A stretch of 64,000 bases of DNA from Anatilimnocola sp. NA78 (GTDB lineage: Bacteria; Planctomycetota; Planctomycetia; Pirellulales; Pirellulaceae): positions 5,021,518 through 5,085,517 of the forward strand of contig NZ_CP187419.1 in assembly GCF_049819085.1 (NCBI RefSeq), given 5' to 3'. This document shows positions 10,597 through 20,989 of this stretch, piece by piece (within the stretch, counting starts at the first letter, position 1; every line of letters begins with the position of its first letter). The position numbers were made by a program, and so were the translations under genes. The notes below the pieces were generated by a model that was not told the origin of the DNA, searched no databases, and worked only from the letters and a program-made list of their open reading frames with translations.

Positions 10597-12414
10597 TTAC
10601 TGCTTGAGCACACGCTGTAACTCGGTAAGTGACGTCACGCCTAGCGCGACGAGGAGAATTCCTTCTTCTTGCAAGGATCGATTGCCGGCTTGCCGCGAGA
10701 CCTGCTTCAGCACTTCCAATTTGGGCTGCTGAATCAAGGCTTGCTTCATTCGGTCGTCGAGAACCATGATTTCGTAGATCGCCGTGCGACCGTGATAGCC
10801 AATGCCGCGACACTTGGGGCAAGTTACCGGGATATCTTTCTTCTTCATCTCCGCCAATTGTTCCGGCGTTGGCGGCTGGTATTCGCGATAGATGTGATCA
10901 ACACGACCGGGCGGAATGCCCAATCGCTGGCTCAGTTCCGGCGTCAGCGGCACTGCCTGTTTGCAGTCGCATAGTTTGCGAATCAAACGCTGATTGATGA
11001 CCGCCTTCAGTTGCTCCGCGAATTGCGGCATCGGCGGCTTGAGCGCCAGCAGGCGGAGGGCGGCGTCCGGAGCTTCCTTGGCCCGCAAGCTGACGATGCC
11101 CAGTTTGGCATCGTCGATCGCTTTTTCGGTTAACACCTTCAGCACCGCGCCGCTGGTGATGTTCGGCACGCACAGCACTTCGGGCATCTTCAGCAGCACT
11201 TTTGGCAACACCGACTCAATGGTCTCGCCAGCGGCAATGCTCACTCGCTGTGAATTGACGTTTTCGATTTCGGGTTCTTTGGCCGTCTCGAGTTCCAGCG
11301 AAACAAAGTCTCGCAGCAAACGGTCGGTGGCTCGCAAGGCGGCGACCCAAGTGGAAGTGAGGCCATCGCCGGGCATCGCCGAAAACGCGACGATGCCGGT
11401 GCTGCCCATCCCAAGGATTTCTTTCAGCTGGTCACGCTGCTTATCGCGCATACCGAGTTCTTCGAGCGAACGCACGTGCTTCGTTACAAAGACCAATGTC
11501 AGCACAGCCCGTTCACCGGTGGGCGTGCCCTGCGACATCAGTTGCGTGTCGTACTTGGCGTTGTTGAACTCGACCTTCAGCTTACCTTCCTGCTTGTTGC
11601 GGCGATCGGCCGGATTGAGAGCGGCGAGCTTCTTAAGGACGAACAACATCTGATCGCCCCATTGGCGAGTGAGTTGCTCTTTCTCGTGGATTTTGGGATT
11701 GCCGTTGTGCCAGACACCATCGACGTAATAGCGAACGGTCACTGCTTCGGCAGTGAAATCAAGCATGATCTTCTCGGCTCGATTCTCGATGCCATCGGCG
11801 AGCAGGCGCTTCACCGGAACGTAAGCCGGCGATTGCCGCGCTTCGATCATGTTCGCCTGGTTGACGGTCGCGATCGGTCCCACCGCCTGCATCTCGACCG
11901 CGGGGCCCAGTTCCCAAGGCTGTTTTTCTTCAACGGGACCTTTATTACCGCGGCCGATGTTAGTGATCATTCGTTTGAAGTGATCGGGCGTTAGCACTTT
12001 GCGTTCTTTGGTCACGCGGCTATTGCGCAGCGCGATATAGGTCGCCAGGGGAGCAATGTAGGCAACCAGAATCAGGAAGTATCCCGCAAAGAAAATAGGA
12101 ATCAGCATCGCGATGATGAAGACCAGCAAGAACGAGAACACGGCGACCGGGTTCCAAACCTCCGGTGGCAGGCCGATGCTCTTGCCGATTTCATGCGTGT
12201 CTTGACTGATCCAGTCCGTCGTCTTTACCCACATCCAGAACGTAAAGAGCAGGAGCAGGATCTTCCAAATGGCCAGATACCAGCCACCACCGCGATTGAG
12301 TGTATGCGGATCGGATTCACCGGTCGTGTATTCGGCCCATTGGGCATCGGCGACGCCAACGCCAATCAACACGATCAGCGCGGCGACCGAACAGGTCGTC
12401 AAGGTGCGAAACAT
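10597..12414 (-). CDS. Membrane-anchored GspE/PilB-family pseudo-ATPase (N2 + degenerate ATPase core + intact C-terminal tetracysteine domain)
   Basis: 605 aa. N-terminal signal plus TM helices. The N2-like segment KLKVEFNNAKYDTQLMSQGTPTGERAVLTLV matches the GspE Q..RvS..pt..GE..vLRl pattern. Walker A reads AMPGDGLTSTW (Lys lost), Walker B reads VPNITS (Glu lost), and the His box is absent. The C-terminal block AVINQRLIRKLCDCK...CPKCRGIGYHGRTAIYEIMVLDD aligns closely with the GspE C-terminus. Its ATG overlaps the pilT stop (TAATG). Confidence 0.7.
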   Translation of the reverse strand: MFRTLTTCSVAALIVLIGVGVADAQWAEYTTGESDPHTLNRGGGWYLAIWKILLLLFTFWMWVKTTDWISQDTHEIGKSIGLPPEVWNPVAVFSFLLVFIIAMLIPIFFAGYFLILVAYIAPLATYIALRNSRVTKERKVLTPDHFKRMITNIGRGNKGPVEEKQPWELGPAVEMQAVGPIATVNQANMIEARQSPAYVPVKRLLADGIENRAEKIMLDFTAEAVTVRYYVDGVWHNGNPKIHEKEQLTRQWGDQMLFVLKKLAALNPADRRNKQEGKLKVEFNNAKYDTQLMSQGTPTGERAVLTLVFVTKHVRSLEELGMRDKQRDQLKEILGMGSTGIVAFSAMPGDGLTSTWVAALRATDRLLRDFVSLELETAKEPEIENVNSQRVSIAAGETIESVLPKVLLKMPEVLCVPNITSGAVLKVLTEKAIDDAKLGIVSLRAKEAPDAALRLLALKPPMPQFAEQLKAVINQRLIRKLCDCKQAVPLTPELSQRLGIPPGRVDHIYREYQPPTPEQLAEMKKKDIPVTCPKCRGIGYHGRTAIYEIMVLDDRMKQALIQQPKLEVLKQVSRQAGNRSLQEEGILLVALGVTSLTELQRVLKQ

Positions 12415-13604
12415 TAGATAATTCCAGGCTGCGAAACATTGATGCCTTTGAGGGCCATCTTCAGCGCGTCGGGGTTGGGTGCCACTTCAAAAGCAGTCGG
12501 CCGGTCAATCAAGTTGTCGTCGATCAATTGCTTCAAACTCATGGTGAAATCTTGCATGCCGTCGGCCGCACCAATGCGGATCGCATCGGCCAGTTTATTG
12601 TCTTGCGACTCGAGCACGATCTTCTTGATGATCGCGTTGAAGAGCATGATTTCGCACGTGGGCACGCGCGGCACGCCCGGCTTGATGCTCTTCAGCAGCT
12701 TTTGCGCGACGATGCCCTTCATGTTAAACGCAATGGCCGAACGAATCGCCTTGTGCATCGCTTCGGGGAACAAGTCGAGAATACGGCCGATGGTCGAAGG
12801 AGCCGAACTGGCGTGGATAGTTCCGAACACCAAGTGGCCCGTTTCGGCCGCGTGAATGGCCGTCATGAAGGTTTCTTCGTCACGCATTTCGCCCACGAGC
12901 ATGATGTCGGGATCTTCGCGGACCGCGTGCTTCATGCCGATCTTAAAATCCTTCACATCGAAGCCGACTTCGCGCTGGTTGATGAGCGCCTTGTCTTCCG
13001 AAAAGATGAATTCAATCGGGTCTTCCAGCGTCAGAATGTGTACCCGCTCACGACGATTGATAAAGTCGAGCATTGAGGCAATCGTCGTACTCTTGCCGGA
13101 ACCCGTCACGCCGGCGAGGAGCACCATCCCTTGATCGTAGAAGCAAAGACTCTCGATCGAAGGAGGCAGGTACAGGCCTTCGAAGTTCGGGATCTTGTTG
13201 CTGATACGGCGGGCGACCATGCCCATGCAGCCGTTCTGTTGCAGCAAGTTCACACGAAAGCGCCAACGAACGCCATCGACATCGCAGCTATGCGAAAAGT
13301 CGGCGCCGCCTTCGTCGTCATAGATGCGGCGATTGCGGTCGTTCATCATGGGCACCAACAGCTTCGCCATCTCGATGCGCTCGATGTTCGGATGATTGAG
13401 CGGGCGCAGTTCATTGCGCACGCGAATCATCGGCGGCCGGCCAACCTTCATGTGCAAGTCGGAGCCTTCGAACTTGACGAGTGCGCGGAAGAACTTGTCG
13501 ACTTCGAGATCGTGAGTCTCGACCGACATTTTCTTGATCAGGTCTTCGATCGACGGCGCTGCAGCCGGTGGCCCCGAAGGGGCCGGTGATGGTGAGTGAC
13601 TCAT
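12414..13604 (-). CDS. pilT: Type IV pilus retraction ATPase PilT-family
   Basis: Walker A GVTGSGKSTT, DPIEF, GEMRD, TGHLVFGTIHA His box; ~396 aa. Confidence 0.85.
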   Translation of the reverse strand: MSHSPSPAPSGPPAAAPSIEDLIKKMSVETHDLEVDKFFRALVKFEGSDLHMKVGRPPMIRVRNELRPLNHPNIERIEMAKLLVPMMNDRNRRIYDDEGGADFSHSCDVDGVRWRFRVNLLQQNGCMGMVARRISNKIPNFEGLYLPPSIESLCFYDQGMVLLAGVTGSGKSTTIASMLDFINRRERVHILTLEDPIEFIFSEDKALINQREVGFDVKDFKIGMKHAVREDPDIMLVGEMRDEETFMTAIHAAETGHLVFGTIHASSAPSTIGRILDLFPEAMHKAIRSAIAFNMKGIVAQKLLKSIKPGVPRVPTCEIMLFNAIIKKIVLESQDNKLADAIRIGAADGMQDFTMSLKQLIDDNLIDRPTAFEVAPNPDALKMALKGINVSQPGII

Positions 13605-13698
13605 GTTTGTTTTCCTTTTTCTCTCTGTTCCATTCCATGAGGCAGGAGTCGGGAGTCGTTGAACTCTGACTTCTGATCTCTGCTCTCCGACCTCGGTC

Positions 13699-14466
13699 CT
13701 ACAGCCTCACCGGCACTCCGCGCCCAGCCATGATTTCTTTCGTTTGGCGAATGGTGAACTCGCCAAAGTGGAAGATGCTCGCAGCGAGGGCGGCATCGGC
13801 CCGACCGATGAGGATGGCATCGGCCAGGTGTTCCGGCTTACCGGCACCACCGCTGGCGACGACCGGAATCGTGACTGCGTCGCTTACCGCGCGGGTGATT
13901 TCCAGGTCGTAGCCATCCTTGGTTCCATCGCAGTCCATGCTAGTCAAAACGATCTCGCCGGCACCCAAGGCTTCCACTTCTTTGGCCCAAGCAACTGCTT
14001 CCAGGCCAGTGGGGGTTCGGCCGCCGTTGATGTGAACTTCCCACACCTCGCGGCCATCGCGTTGGACGCGTTTGGGGTCGATGTTGACCACGATGCACTG
14101 ATTGCCAAAGCGGCGGGCGGCTTCGCGGACGAAGTTCGGGTCTTTGCACGCAGCGGAATTGATCGAAACCTTGTCGCTACCGGCGTTGAGTAGAGCGCGA
14201 ATATCTTCGATGGTGCGGATGCCGCCGCCGACGGTCAGCGGCATGAAGACTTGTTCTGCCGTGCGACGTACCACATCGAGCATGATGCCCCGCTGTTCGT
14301 GGCTGGCGGTGATATCGAGAAAAACGAGCTCGTCAGCTCCTTCTTGCTCGTAGCGGCGAGCCACTTCGACGGGGTCACCCGCGTCGCGCAGCTGCAGGAA
14401 GTTCGTACCTTTCACGACCCGGCCTTGATTGACATCGAGACAGGGAATCACACGTTTTGCGAGCAT
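13699..14466 (-). CDS. hisF: Imidazole glycerol phosphate synthase cyclase subunit
   Basis: [20 protein letters not shown]...[13 protein letters not shown]...VASGGAG. Start placed at internal M50 of the ORF-track protein. Confidence 0.85.
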   Translation of the reverse strand: MLAKRVIPCLDVNQGRVVKGTNFLQLRDAGDPVEVARRYEQEGADELVFLDITASHEQRGIMLDVVRRTAEQVFMPLTVGGGIRTIEDIRALLNAGSDKVSINSAACKDPNFVREAARRFGNQCIVVNIDPKRVQRDGREVWEVHINGGRTPTGLEAVAWAKEVEALGAGEIVLTSMDCDGTKDGYDLEITRAVSDAVTIPVVASGGAGKPEHLADAILIGRADAALAASIFHFGEFTIRQTKEIMAGRGVPVRL

Positions 14467-14685
14467 GCACGAATGGCCAATCAGGAGCGATAAGAGTTGC
14501 CGGCGACAAGCGTCACGGACCCACCATGCCCCGAGCGACTTCGCCCGCGGTGGCGTGCCAGCACTTGGCTGCCTTCCAAAACCTACTCTAAACGCTGGTG
14601 TGGCAAGGGTCAACGTAACGGGCGATTACATTGCGCACCGCCCACTGACGTGGGACGGCAACCGGCAGCCTAATTCCTGTACGTG

Positions 14686-15654
14686 CTAGTAATTGGGAGT
14701 CGGGGGGCGATAGTGCGAGAGGTCGATGTTGCGGAACCAGTCGATGGTCTTTTGCAGACCTTCGCGAAGTTTGATGGTGGGTTCCCAGTCGAGTTTCTCG
14801 CGAGCGAGGGAGATATCCGGGCGACGGCGGGTCGGGTCATCGGCAGGAAGATCTTCGTGGATGATCTTCGATTTTGAGCCCGTCAATTCGAGAACCATCT
14901 CGGCCAATTCTCGCACGGTAAACTCGTCCGGGTTGCCGAGATTCACGGGCCCAATGAACGAGTCGGGACCTTCCATCATCCGAATGATGCCGCTGATAAG
15001 ATCGTCGCGATAACAGAAAGAGCGAGTTTGCAGGCCGTTGCCAAACAGCGTGATGTCTTCGCCCTGCAGTGCCTGGCGGATGAAGTTCGAGACGACGCGG
15101 CCATCGAACGGGTGCATGCGCGGGCCGTAGGTGTTGAAGATTCGCACGATGCGAATGTTGATGCGGTTCACGCGGTGATAGTCCATGAACAGCGCTTCGG
15201 CGGCTCGCTTTCCTTCGTCGTAGCAAGCCCGGGGGCCGATGGGGTTCACGTTACCGCGATAGTCTTCTCGCTGGGGGTGAACCTCGGGGTCGCCATAGAC
15301 TTCGCTGGTCGAGGCTTGCAGCACCTTGGCGCGGCAGCGGCGCGCCATGCCGAGAACATTGATCGCCCCCATGACCGAAGTCTTGAGCGTCTTGATAGGA
15401 TTGAATTGATAATGACCGGGTGCGGCCGGGCAGGCGAGGTTGTAAATTTCGTCGACCTCGAGCCAAAACGGCAAGGTCACATCGTGGCGGATGAGGTCGA
15501 AGTTGGTTCGGCCAATCAGATGCGTAATATTGCTCTTCTGACTCGTGAAGAAGTTGTCGAGGCAGATCACGTCGTGCCCAAGTTCCACGAGCCGTTCGCA
15601 GAGATGTGACCCAAGAAACCCAGCGCCACCAGTGACGAGAATGCGTTTGATCAT
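14686..15654 (-). CDS. UDP-glucuronate decarboxylase (UDP-xylose synthase), NAD-dependent epimerase/dehydratase family
   Basis: [22 protein letters not shown] Rossmann motif, [11 protein letters not shown] catalytic YxxxK. ~322 aa. Confidence 0.8.
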   Translation of the reverse strand: MIKRILVTGGAGFLGSHLCERLVELGHDVICLDNFFTSQKSNITHLIGRTNFDLIRHDVTLPFWLEVDEIYNLACPAAPGHYQFNPIKTLKTSVMGAINVLGMARRCRAKVLQASTSEVYGDPEVHPQREDYRGNVNPIGPRACYDEGKRAAEALFMDYHRVNRINIRIVRIFNTYGPRMHPFDGRVVSNFIRQALQGEDITLFGNGLQTRSFCYRDDLISGIIRMMEGPDSFIGPVNLGNPDEFTVRELAEMVLELTGSKSKIIHEDLPADDPTRRRPDISLAREKLDWEPTIKLREGLQKTIDWFRNIDLSHYRPPTPNY

Positions 15655-15805
15655 GTCGTTCTTATCGTAAAATGCTCGAACCACAGCCTGCCGTAATATA
15701 GGTCATCGTCGTTCCCCCCCGGCAAGATGATAGTCGGCGGGTGATAGCGATTGCAACGAACGGGCGGACGCGCAACCACGCTTCACTCACAAACCACGGG
15801 CCTTC

Positions 15806-17035
15806 ATGGATCGCCAGACCACTACCGCTTACCGGGCTCGCTGGGTTTTTTCCGTCGCTCGCGAACCGATCGAAAACGGCGTCGTGACGGTTAGTTCCGA
15901 CGGGCTGATCGTCGCCCTTGGTTCACAAGCGGCGGGTGAAGAGACGACGATCGACCTGGGCAATGTCGCCCTGTTGCCGGGCCTAATTAACGCCCACACG
16001 CACCTGGAGTTCAGCCTGTTCGACCAGCCCTTTGGTGAGCGAGGCACATCGTTCAGCCAGTGGTTGCGGCAAGTAGTGGCCTGGCGACGCGAGCAGCCCG
16101 CGGTGCTGGGGCAAGAAGAACAGGCCTTGATTCAGGGCTTGCAAGAGGTAAGAACCACGGGCACAGCGGCCATCGGAGAAATCGCGACGCCGCTGTTTGT
16201 CGACCATTGGCTGAATGAGCCACAAAAGCAAACAGGGGTCGTGTTCTTTGAATTGCTCAGCCTGAACCCCGAGCGGGTCGGTCCACTGCTCCAATTGGCC
16301 ACCGAGTACTTGCTGCCGGGAGTGCAGGGCAATCAGCTACGCGGGCTTAGCCCACATGCCCCGTACACAGTGCATCCCCAGTTGTTGGCAGCTGCGGTAA
16401 GGTTAAGTGCCGAGCGGCAGTGCCCGCTGACCATGCACGTCGCGGAATCGCGAGAGGAACTCGAACTGCTGCGTAACCAAACAGGACCGCTCGTCGAGCT
16501 GCTTCGAAGTCTCGGTGCCTGGTATTCAAACTCACTGACAAAAGGTTTGCGGCCACTCGATTATCTGCAGGCACTTTCGAAAGCACACCATGCGTTGATC
16601 GCCCATGGCAATTATCTGCAGCCGGATGAAATCGCCTTTGCGGCAGTACATCGAGACCGACTGACCATTGTCTATTGCCCGCGCACGCAGGGGTACTTTG
16701 ATCACGAACCGTATCCACTCTCTCAGATGCTCAACTCCGGCGCACGCGTGGCGGTGGGTACCGATTCCCGAGCGAGCAATCCCGATCTATCGGTGTGGAA
16801 AGAACTGCAGCAGGTACGGGCGAATCATCCAGCAGTTTCACCTGAGCAAATCCTGCGCATGGGAACCATCAACGGCGCGGAAGGACTTGGACTGCAGAAT
16901 TGTCTGGGAACGATCTTGCCGGGCAAGCGAGCGGTCTTCACGACGATTCAACTAGCCGGCGAACGAGACGATCCGCACGAATCGCTATTTGCCGGCGAGC
17001 AGGTTACTCATCCGACTTGTCAAACAGAATGCTGA
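15806..17035 (+). CDS. Amidohydrolase-family metallo-deaminase (chlorohydrolase/aminofutalosine-deaminase-like)
   Basis: LPGLINAHTHLEFS metal-binding signature plus later HxH/D motifs. 409 aa. Exact substrate not assignable. Confidence 0.6.
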   Translation: MDRQTTTAYRARWVFSVAREPIENGVVTVSSDGLIVALGSQAAGEETTIDLGNVALLPGLINAHTHLEFSLFDQPFGERGTSFSQWLRQVVAWRREQPAVLGQEEQALIQGLQEVRTTGTAAIGEIATPLFVDHWLNEPQKQTGVVFFELLSLNPERVGPLLQLATEYLLPGVQGNQLRGLSPHAPYTVHPQLLAAAVRLSAERQCPLTMHVAESREELELLRNQTGPLVELLRSLGAWYSNSLTKGLRPLDYLQALSKAHHALIAHGNYLQPDEIAFAAVHRDRLTIVYCPRTQGYFDHEPYPLSQMLNSGARVAVGTDSRASNPDLSVWKELQQVRANHPAVSPEQILRMGTINGAEGLGLQNCLGTILPGKRAVFTTIQLAGERDDPHESLFAGEQVTHPTCQTEC

Positions 17036-17960
17036 TCGACTGATCGTGGTGGATGCGTTTGATGGCTTCGGCCAAGAGCGGAGCGACCGAGAGAACCTGC
17101 ATGTTGGGCAAGCGTTTGTCCTGAGGAACAGGAACAGTATCGCACACGGCCAGCGTGGTGATCTTGGAGTCCTTGATCTTTTCGATCGCTTTGCCGCACA
17201 ACACACCGTGTGTGGCAGCAACGAAAATCTCACGGGCGCCAGCTTCATGGACGCGGGCGGCAGCGCCGGTGATCGAGCCACCGGTGGTGATCATGTCGTC
17301 GAACATGAACGCGGCTTTGCCAGCGATCGGTCCGCCGATAATGTGCTCCTGGCGAGTTTCCAGGGCGTTGTCACGGCGTTTATCGACAATGGCGAGCTTG
17401 CCCCCCATTCGCTTGGCGTAGCCGAGAGCGCGCTTGATGCTACCGACATCCGGGCTGACGACGACACGGTCCTCTTCCGCATAGGGCAACGACGAAGCCC
17501 ACTCTTGCAGCACGGGAGCCGCGTAGAGGTTATCCACGGGGCAATCGAAGAAACCCTGAATCTGCGGCGAGTGCAGGTCCATCGTCAGCACGCGGTCAGC
17601 ACCGGCGCGGGTAATGAGATTCGCGACGAGCTTGGCGGTGATTGGCACGCGACCTTCGTCTTTGCGATCTTGCCGCGCGTAGCCAAAGTACGGGATGACC
17701 GCTGTAATGCGTTCGGCCGAAGCCCGCTTACAGCTGTCGATCATGATCAGCAGTTCCATCAAGTGATCGTTGACGGGTGGGCAGGTGGGCTGCACCAGAA
17801 AGATATCGCGGCCGCGAATATCTTCTTCGATCTTGCAGAAGTTCTCGCCGTCCGGGAATTTACCCAGCGTGATTTCGGCCAGCGGCAAATGCAGGAAGCT
17901 GCAGATGCTCTTGGCCAAGGGTCGGTTGGCCTGACCGGAAAATATTTTCAGTTCACGCAT
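17004..17960 (-). CDS. prs: Ribose-phosphate pyrophosphokinase (PRPP synthetase)
   Basis: MRELKIFSGQAN...DLHSPQIQGFF...DDMITTGGS. Convergent with the amidohydrolase (32-nt overlap of the 3' ends). Confidence 0.85.
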   Translation of the reverse strand: MRELKIFSGQANRPLAKSICSFLHLPLAEITLGKFPDGENFCKIEEDIRGRDIFLVQPTCPPVNDHLMELLIMIDSCKRASAERITAVIPYFGYARQDRKDEGRVPITAKLVANLITRAGADRVLTMDLHSPQIQGFFDCPVDNLYAAPVLQEWASSLPYAEEDRVVVSPDVGSIKRALGYAKRMGGKLAIVDKRRDNALETRQEHIIGGPIAGKAAFMFDDMITTGGSITGAAARVHEAGAREIFVAATHGVLCGKAIEKIKDSKITTLAVCDTVPVPQDKRLPNMQVLSVAPLLAEAIKRIHHDQSISILFDKSDE

Positions 17961-18074
17961 GGATCACAGGTAACTTTTGTTGGCGGACGTCGATTGATTC
18001 GGAAATGCAATAGAGCCGCAGCCCCTCACCCCGACCCTCTCCCCAGAATGCTGAGGCGAGGGAGTTAATTGCGA

Positions 18075-18962
18075 TTACAGCAAGCCGTAGTTGACGAGCG
18101 TCTTCTTCAACTTGGCTTCACCGGCCGCGTCGAGCGGAGTCATTGGCAATCGCAGTTCCCCCGTGTCGCGGCCGAGCATCTGCATCGCGGCCTTGAGCGG
18201 AATGGGATTGGTCGAGAGGCCCAGCATATCGCGGCAAAGGTGGAACAACTTGTGATGCCACTTCTCGGCGCCCTTCGTATCGCCCTTGGCATACGCCGCG
18301 AGCAAAGCCAGCATGTCTTTTGGCACAATGTTGCCGACGACGGAAATCACACCTTCACCGCCGACCGACAGCAGGGGCAACGTCAGGCTGTCATCACCGC
18401 TGAGAATCGTCAGGTCAGTGGCGCTGAGGATTTGAGATGCCTGGTCGAGCGAACCGGTCGCTTCTTTTACCAGCGTGATGTTCGGCAATTCCGCAAAGCG
18501 GACGAAAGTCTCGGGCTCGATGTTCTTGCCGGTGCGTCCTGGGATGTTGTAGACGCAAATCGGAATGCCAACTTGCTCGGCAATGGCCTTGTAATGCTGA
18601 TAGAAGCCTTCTTGCGTTGGCTTGTTGTAATAGGGACCTACGATGAGGGCAGCGTCGGCACCTTCCTTGGCGGCCCATTTGGTCAGGCGAAGCGCCTCGG
18701 CAGTGCTGTTGGAACCGGTGCCGGGCATCACCTTGCAGCGGCCACGAGCGGTTTGCACGACGATGGAAATAACCCGTTCGTGCTCTTCGTGCGACAGGGT
18801 GGGCGATTCACCGGTCGTGCCCACCGGGCAGAGCCCGTGCGTACCGGCGGCGATCTGAAACTCGACCTGTTCCTTCAGTTTTGCTTCGTCCAACTGGCCA
18901 TCTTTGAGAGGCGTGGTAATTGCAACCCACAGACCCGCAAACGCCGAACCTTTCCGCGCCAT
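18075..18962 (-). CDS. dapA: 4-hydroxy-tetrahydrodipicolinate synthase
   Basis: [15 protein letters not shown] and KEATG motifs. Start placed at internal MARKGS (codon arithmetic from the ORF track). Confidence 0.8.
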   Translation of the reverse strand: MARKGSAFAGLWVAITTPLKDGQLDEAKLKEQVEFQIAAGTHGLCPVGTTGESPTLSHEEHERVISIVVQTARGRCKVMPGTGSNSTAEALRLTKWAAKEGADAALIVGPYYNKPTQEGFYQHYKAIAEQVGIPICVYNIPGRTGKNIEPETFVRFAELPNITLVKEATGSLDQASQILSATDLTILSGDDSLTLPLLSVGGEGVISVVGNIVPKDMLALLAAYAKGDTKGAEKWHHKLFHLCRDMLGLSTNPIPLKAAMQMLGRDTGELRLPMTPLDAAGEAKLKKTLVNYGLL

Positions 18963-19956
18963 AGCCTCATCCACCTTACAAAGATCGCCAGCTGCCAAGA
19001 AACGCACTCGTCGAGCCACGGGCAAACAGCCCAGAATCTCCCACGGGCAAACGACCATGATAGCGCCCGCAGGCTAAAGTTCGCAATGGGCGGCTGTGGT
19101 TGCTACGGTCCCGTTGGGAGCGACTAGCTGGGTCGCGCCATTAGCTCCGGGTGGCAGGCAACCAAGCCGTGACAGTCGGTTTGACCGCACTTCGCCCAGC
19201 CGCCAGCCCCGTCTTCGCTGGCTATGCCGGCAACTGCCGCCCCCCGGCAAATGCCTCGCTCAACCTGCGGGGGGGCGAAAGTCCAAGGTGGAGACCTTGC
19301 CTGCCAATCCACGTTGCTCTGATAACCATTTTTGATAACCTTTTCACGCATTTTTCTGTGATAACTATTTGCCGTAACTCTTAGCCCATCCGCCTGTTAT
19401 GCCAACCAATCCGCAAATCATGGCGATCCGCTGATAACCAATTGTTATCTTTGCCCAAGTTGCCCCAACCGCGCCAGCAAGTGGCCGGCACCGCCGGAGA
19501 TACTCACTCGTCGTTTCGCACCAACAGGCTTCTCCAGACCCACGCTGGGGATTGCCATCAACCTCCCGTGCATCGGAGTCGCACGAACCGCCCGGCAGCC
19601 GTCCCCCTGGCTCGTCACCTGCGCACAGCGAGCGCAGGCTCTTCTCAACGAAGAACATCTACGCATCACATAGACAATATTTGCTGTGCATTAATTTACT
19701 TCATTTTCTCGACATGACAATTCATTGTCAAGTGTTTTTCGCTTGCGCCGCCAGTCAACACAGCAGACGGCACGCAGAGACACCGATCTGGCGTATCGAA
19801 TCAGCGGCTGAAGCCGGGACGCTGCCTACGGCTGCCGCAAGCTGGCTGCTGGCTTTCAACTCCCCTCTGCGTAGGCTATTCTGGGGGCACAAACGATTGC
19901 CAATGAACATTTGCTATTGAACGAACGACGGCTAATTCCCGCTGGAGCCTGCCTCA

Positions 19957-20955
19957 ATGGATTCCGCATTTCTGCTTGCCCAAAACCCCGCCCAAAACCA
20001 AGGTTGGGGCTGGGAAACGATTGCCATCCTCTCGGTCGTGGCCATTGCGGGCATGGTGCTCTTCTTTGCCGCGATCGCCTTCGCCGCGTTCGGCAAGGTC
20101 TGGTTTCAGGCCTACATGTCGAGCGCCGATGTCAGCATGATCGCGCTCGTGGGCATGTGGTTCCGGCAAGTGAACATGCGAATCGTGGTACAGGCCAAGA
20201 TCATGGCCGCCCAGGCTGGTCTCGATATCAACCGCCGAACCGGCATCAGCACCGCCCGCGTCGAAGCTCACTACCTGGCCGGCGGTAACGTGATGAATGT
20301 GATCCACGCTATCATCGCCGCCCATCGCGCGGGAATTGAGATCGACTTTGATCAGGCTGCAGCGATCGACCTTGCCGGCCGTGATGTGCTGGATGCGGTC
20401 CGCACCAGCGTACATCCCAAAGTTATCGACTGCCCCGATCCGCGACGTAGTGGCAACGATACCCTCGCGGCCGTGGCCAAGGACGGCATCGAATTACGCG
20501 TCAAAGCTCGCGTGACCGTCCGCACCAATCTGGCCCGCCTGATTGGCGGCGCTACGGAAGACACCGTCATCGCCCGCGTCGGTGAAGGGATCATTACTTC
20601 GATTGGCTCGTCTGATAACTACAAAGACGTGCTCGCCAATCCGAATCGAATTTCCCGCGCGGTGCTCGATCGTGGTCTCGACAATCAAACGGCGTTCGAA
20701 ATCGTTTCGATTGATATCGCCCACGTGGTCGTTGGCCAGAACATTGGCGCTCGTTTGCAGGCCGATGCGGCCGAAGCCGATACCCGCGTGGCCCGCGCCA
20801 TGGCGGAGCAACGCCGCAGTGAAGCCATCGCCCACGAACAGGAAATGAAGGCCAAGGTCGCCGAGAACCGCGCCGCCCTGGTCGAAGCCGAAGCGCAAGT
20901 TCCGCAAGCGATGGCTGCAGCCTTCGAAAAGGGACACCTCACCGTCGCCAGCTAG
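19957..20955 (+). CDS. floA: Flotillin-like protein FloA (UPF0365/YqfA family)
   Basis: N-terminal [28 protein letters not shown] and [21 protein letters not shown] match the FloA family. Confidence 0.8.
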   Translation: MDSAFLLAQNPAQNQGWGWETIAILSVVAIAGMVLFFAAIAFAAFGKVWFQAYMSSADVSMIALVGMWFRQVNMRIVVQAKIMAAQAGLDINRRTGISTARVEAHYLAGGNVMNVIHAIIAAHRAGIEIDFDQAAAIDLAGRDVLDAVRTSVHPKVIDCPDPRRSGNDTLAAVAKDGIELRVKARVTVRTNLARLIGGATEDTVIARVGEGIITSIGSSDNYKDVLANPNRISRAVLDRGLDNQTAFEIVSIDIAHVVVGQNIGARLQADAAEADTRVARAMAEQRRSEAIAHEQEMKAKVAENRAALVEAEAQVPQAMAAAFEKGHLTVAS

Positions 20956-20989
20956 AAAAATCGAACTTCCCACCGCTGAGGATGCCTTC

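Noticed and set aside
10994-11994. ORFs 10994..11653(+) and 11476..11994(+)
   Set aside because: Antisense shadows inside the GspE-like gene; high-GC genomes produce long spurious antisense ORFs.
16989-19127. ORFs 16989..18068(+) and 18069..19127(+)
   Set aside because: Antisense to prs and dapA, which have unambiguous homology.
19141-19300. RNase P or SRP RNA (gggggcgaaagtcc)
   Set aside because: Only a short resemblance to the P4 GGAAAGUCCGG; the remaining conserved elements are absent.
19100-19950. Replication origin (DnaA boxes) in the dapA-floA intergenic region
   Set aside because: GGTTATCAA-type words match the DnaA box TTATCCACA at only 6/9 positions, and no dnaA/dnaN or AT-rich unwinding element is adjacent. 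Treated as an unknown regulator motif instead.
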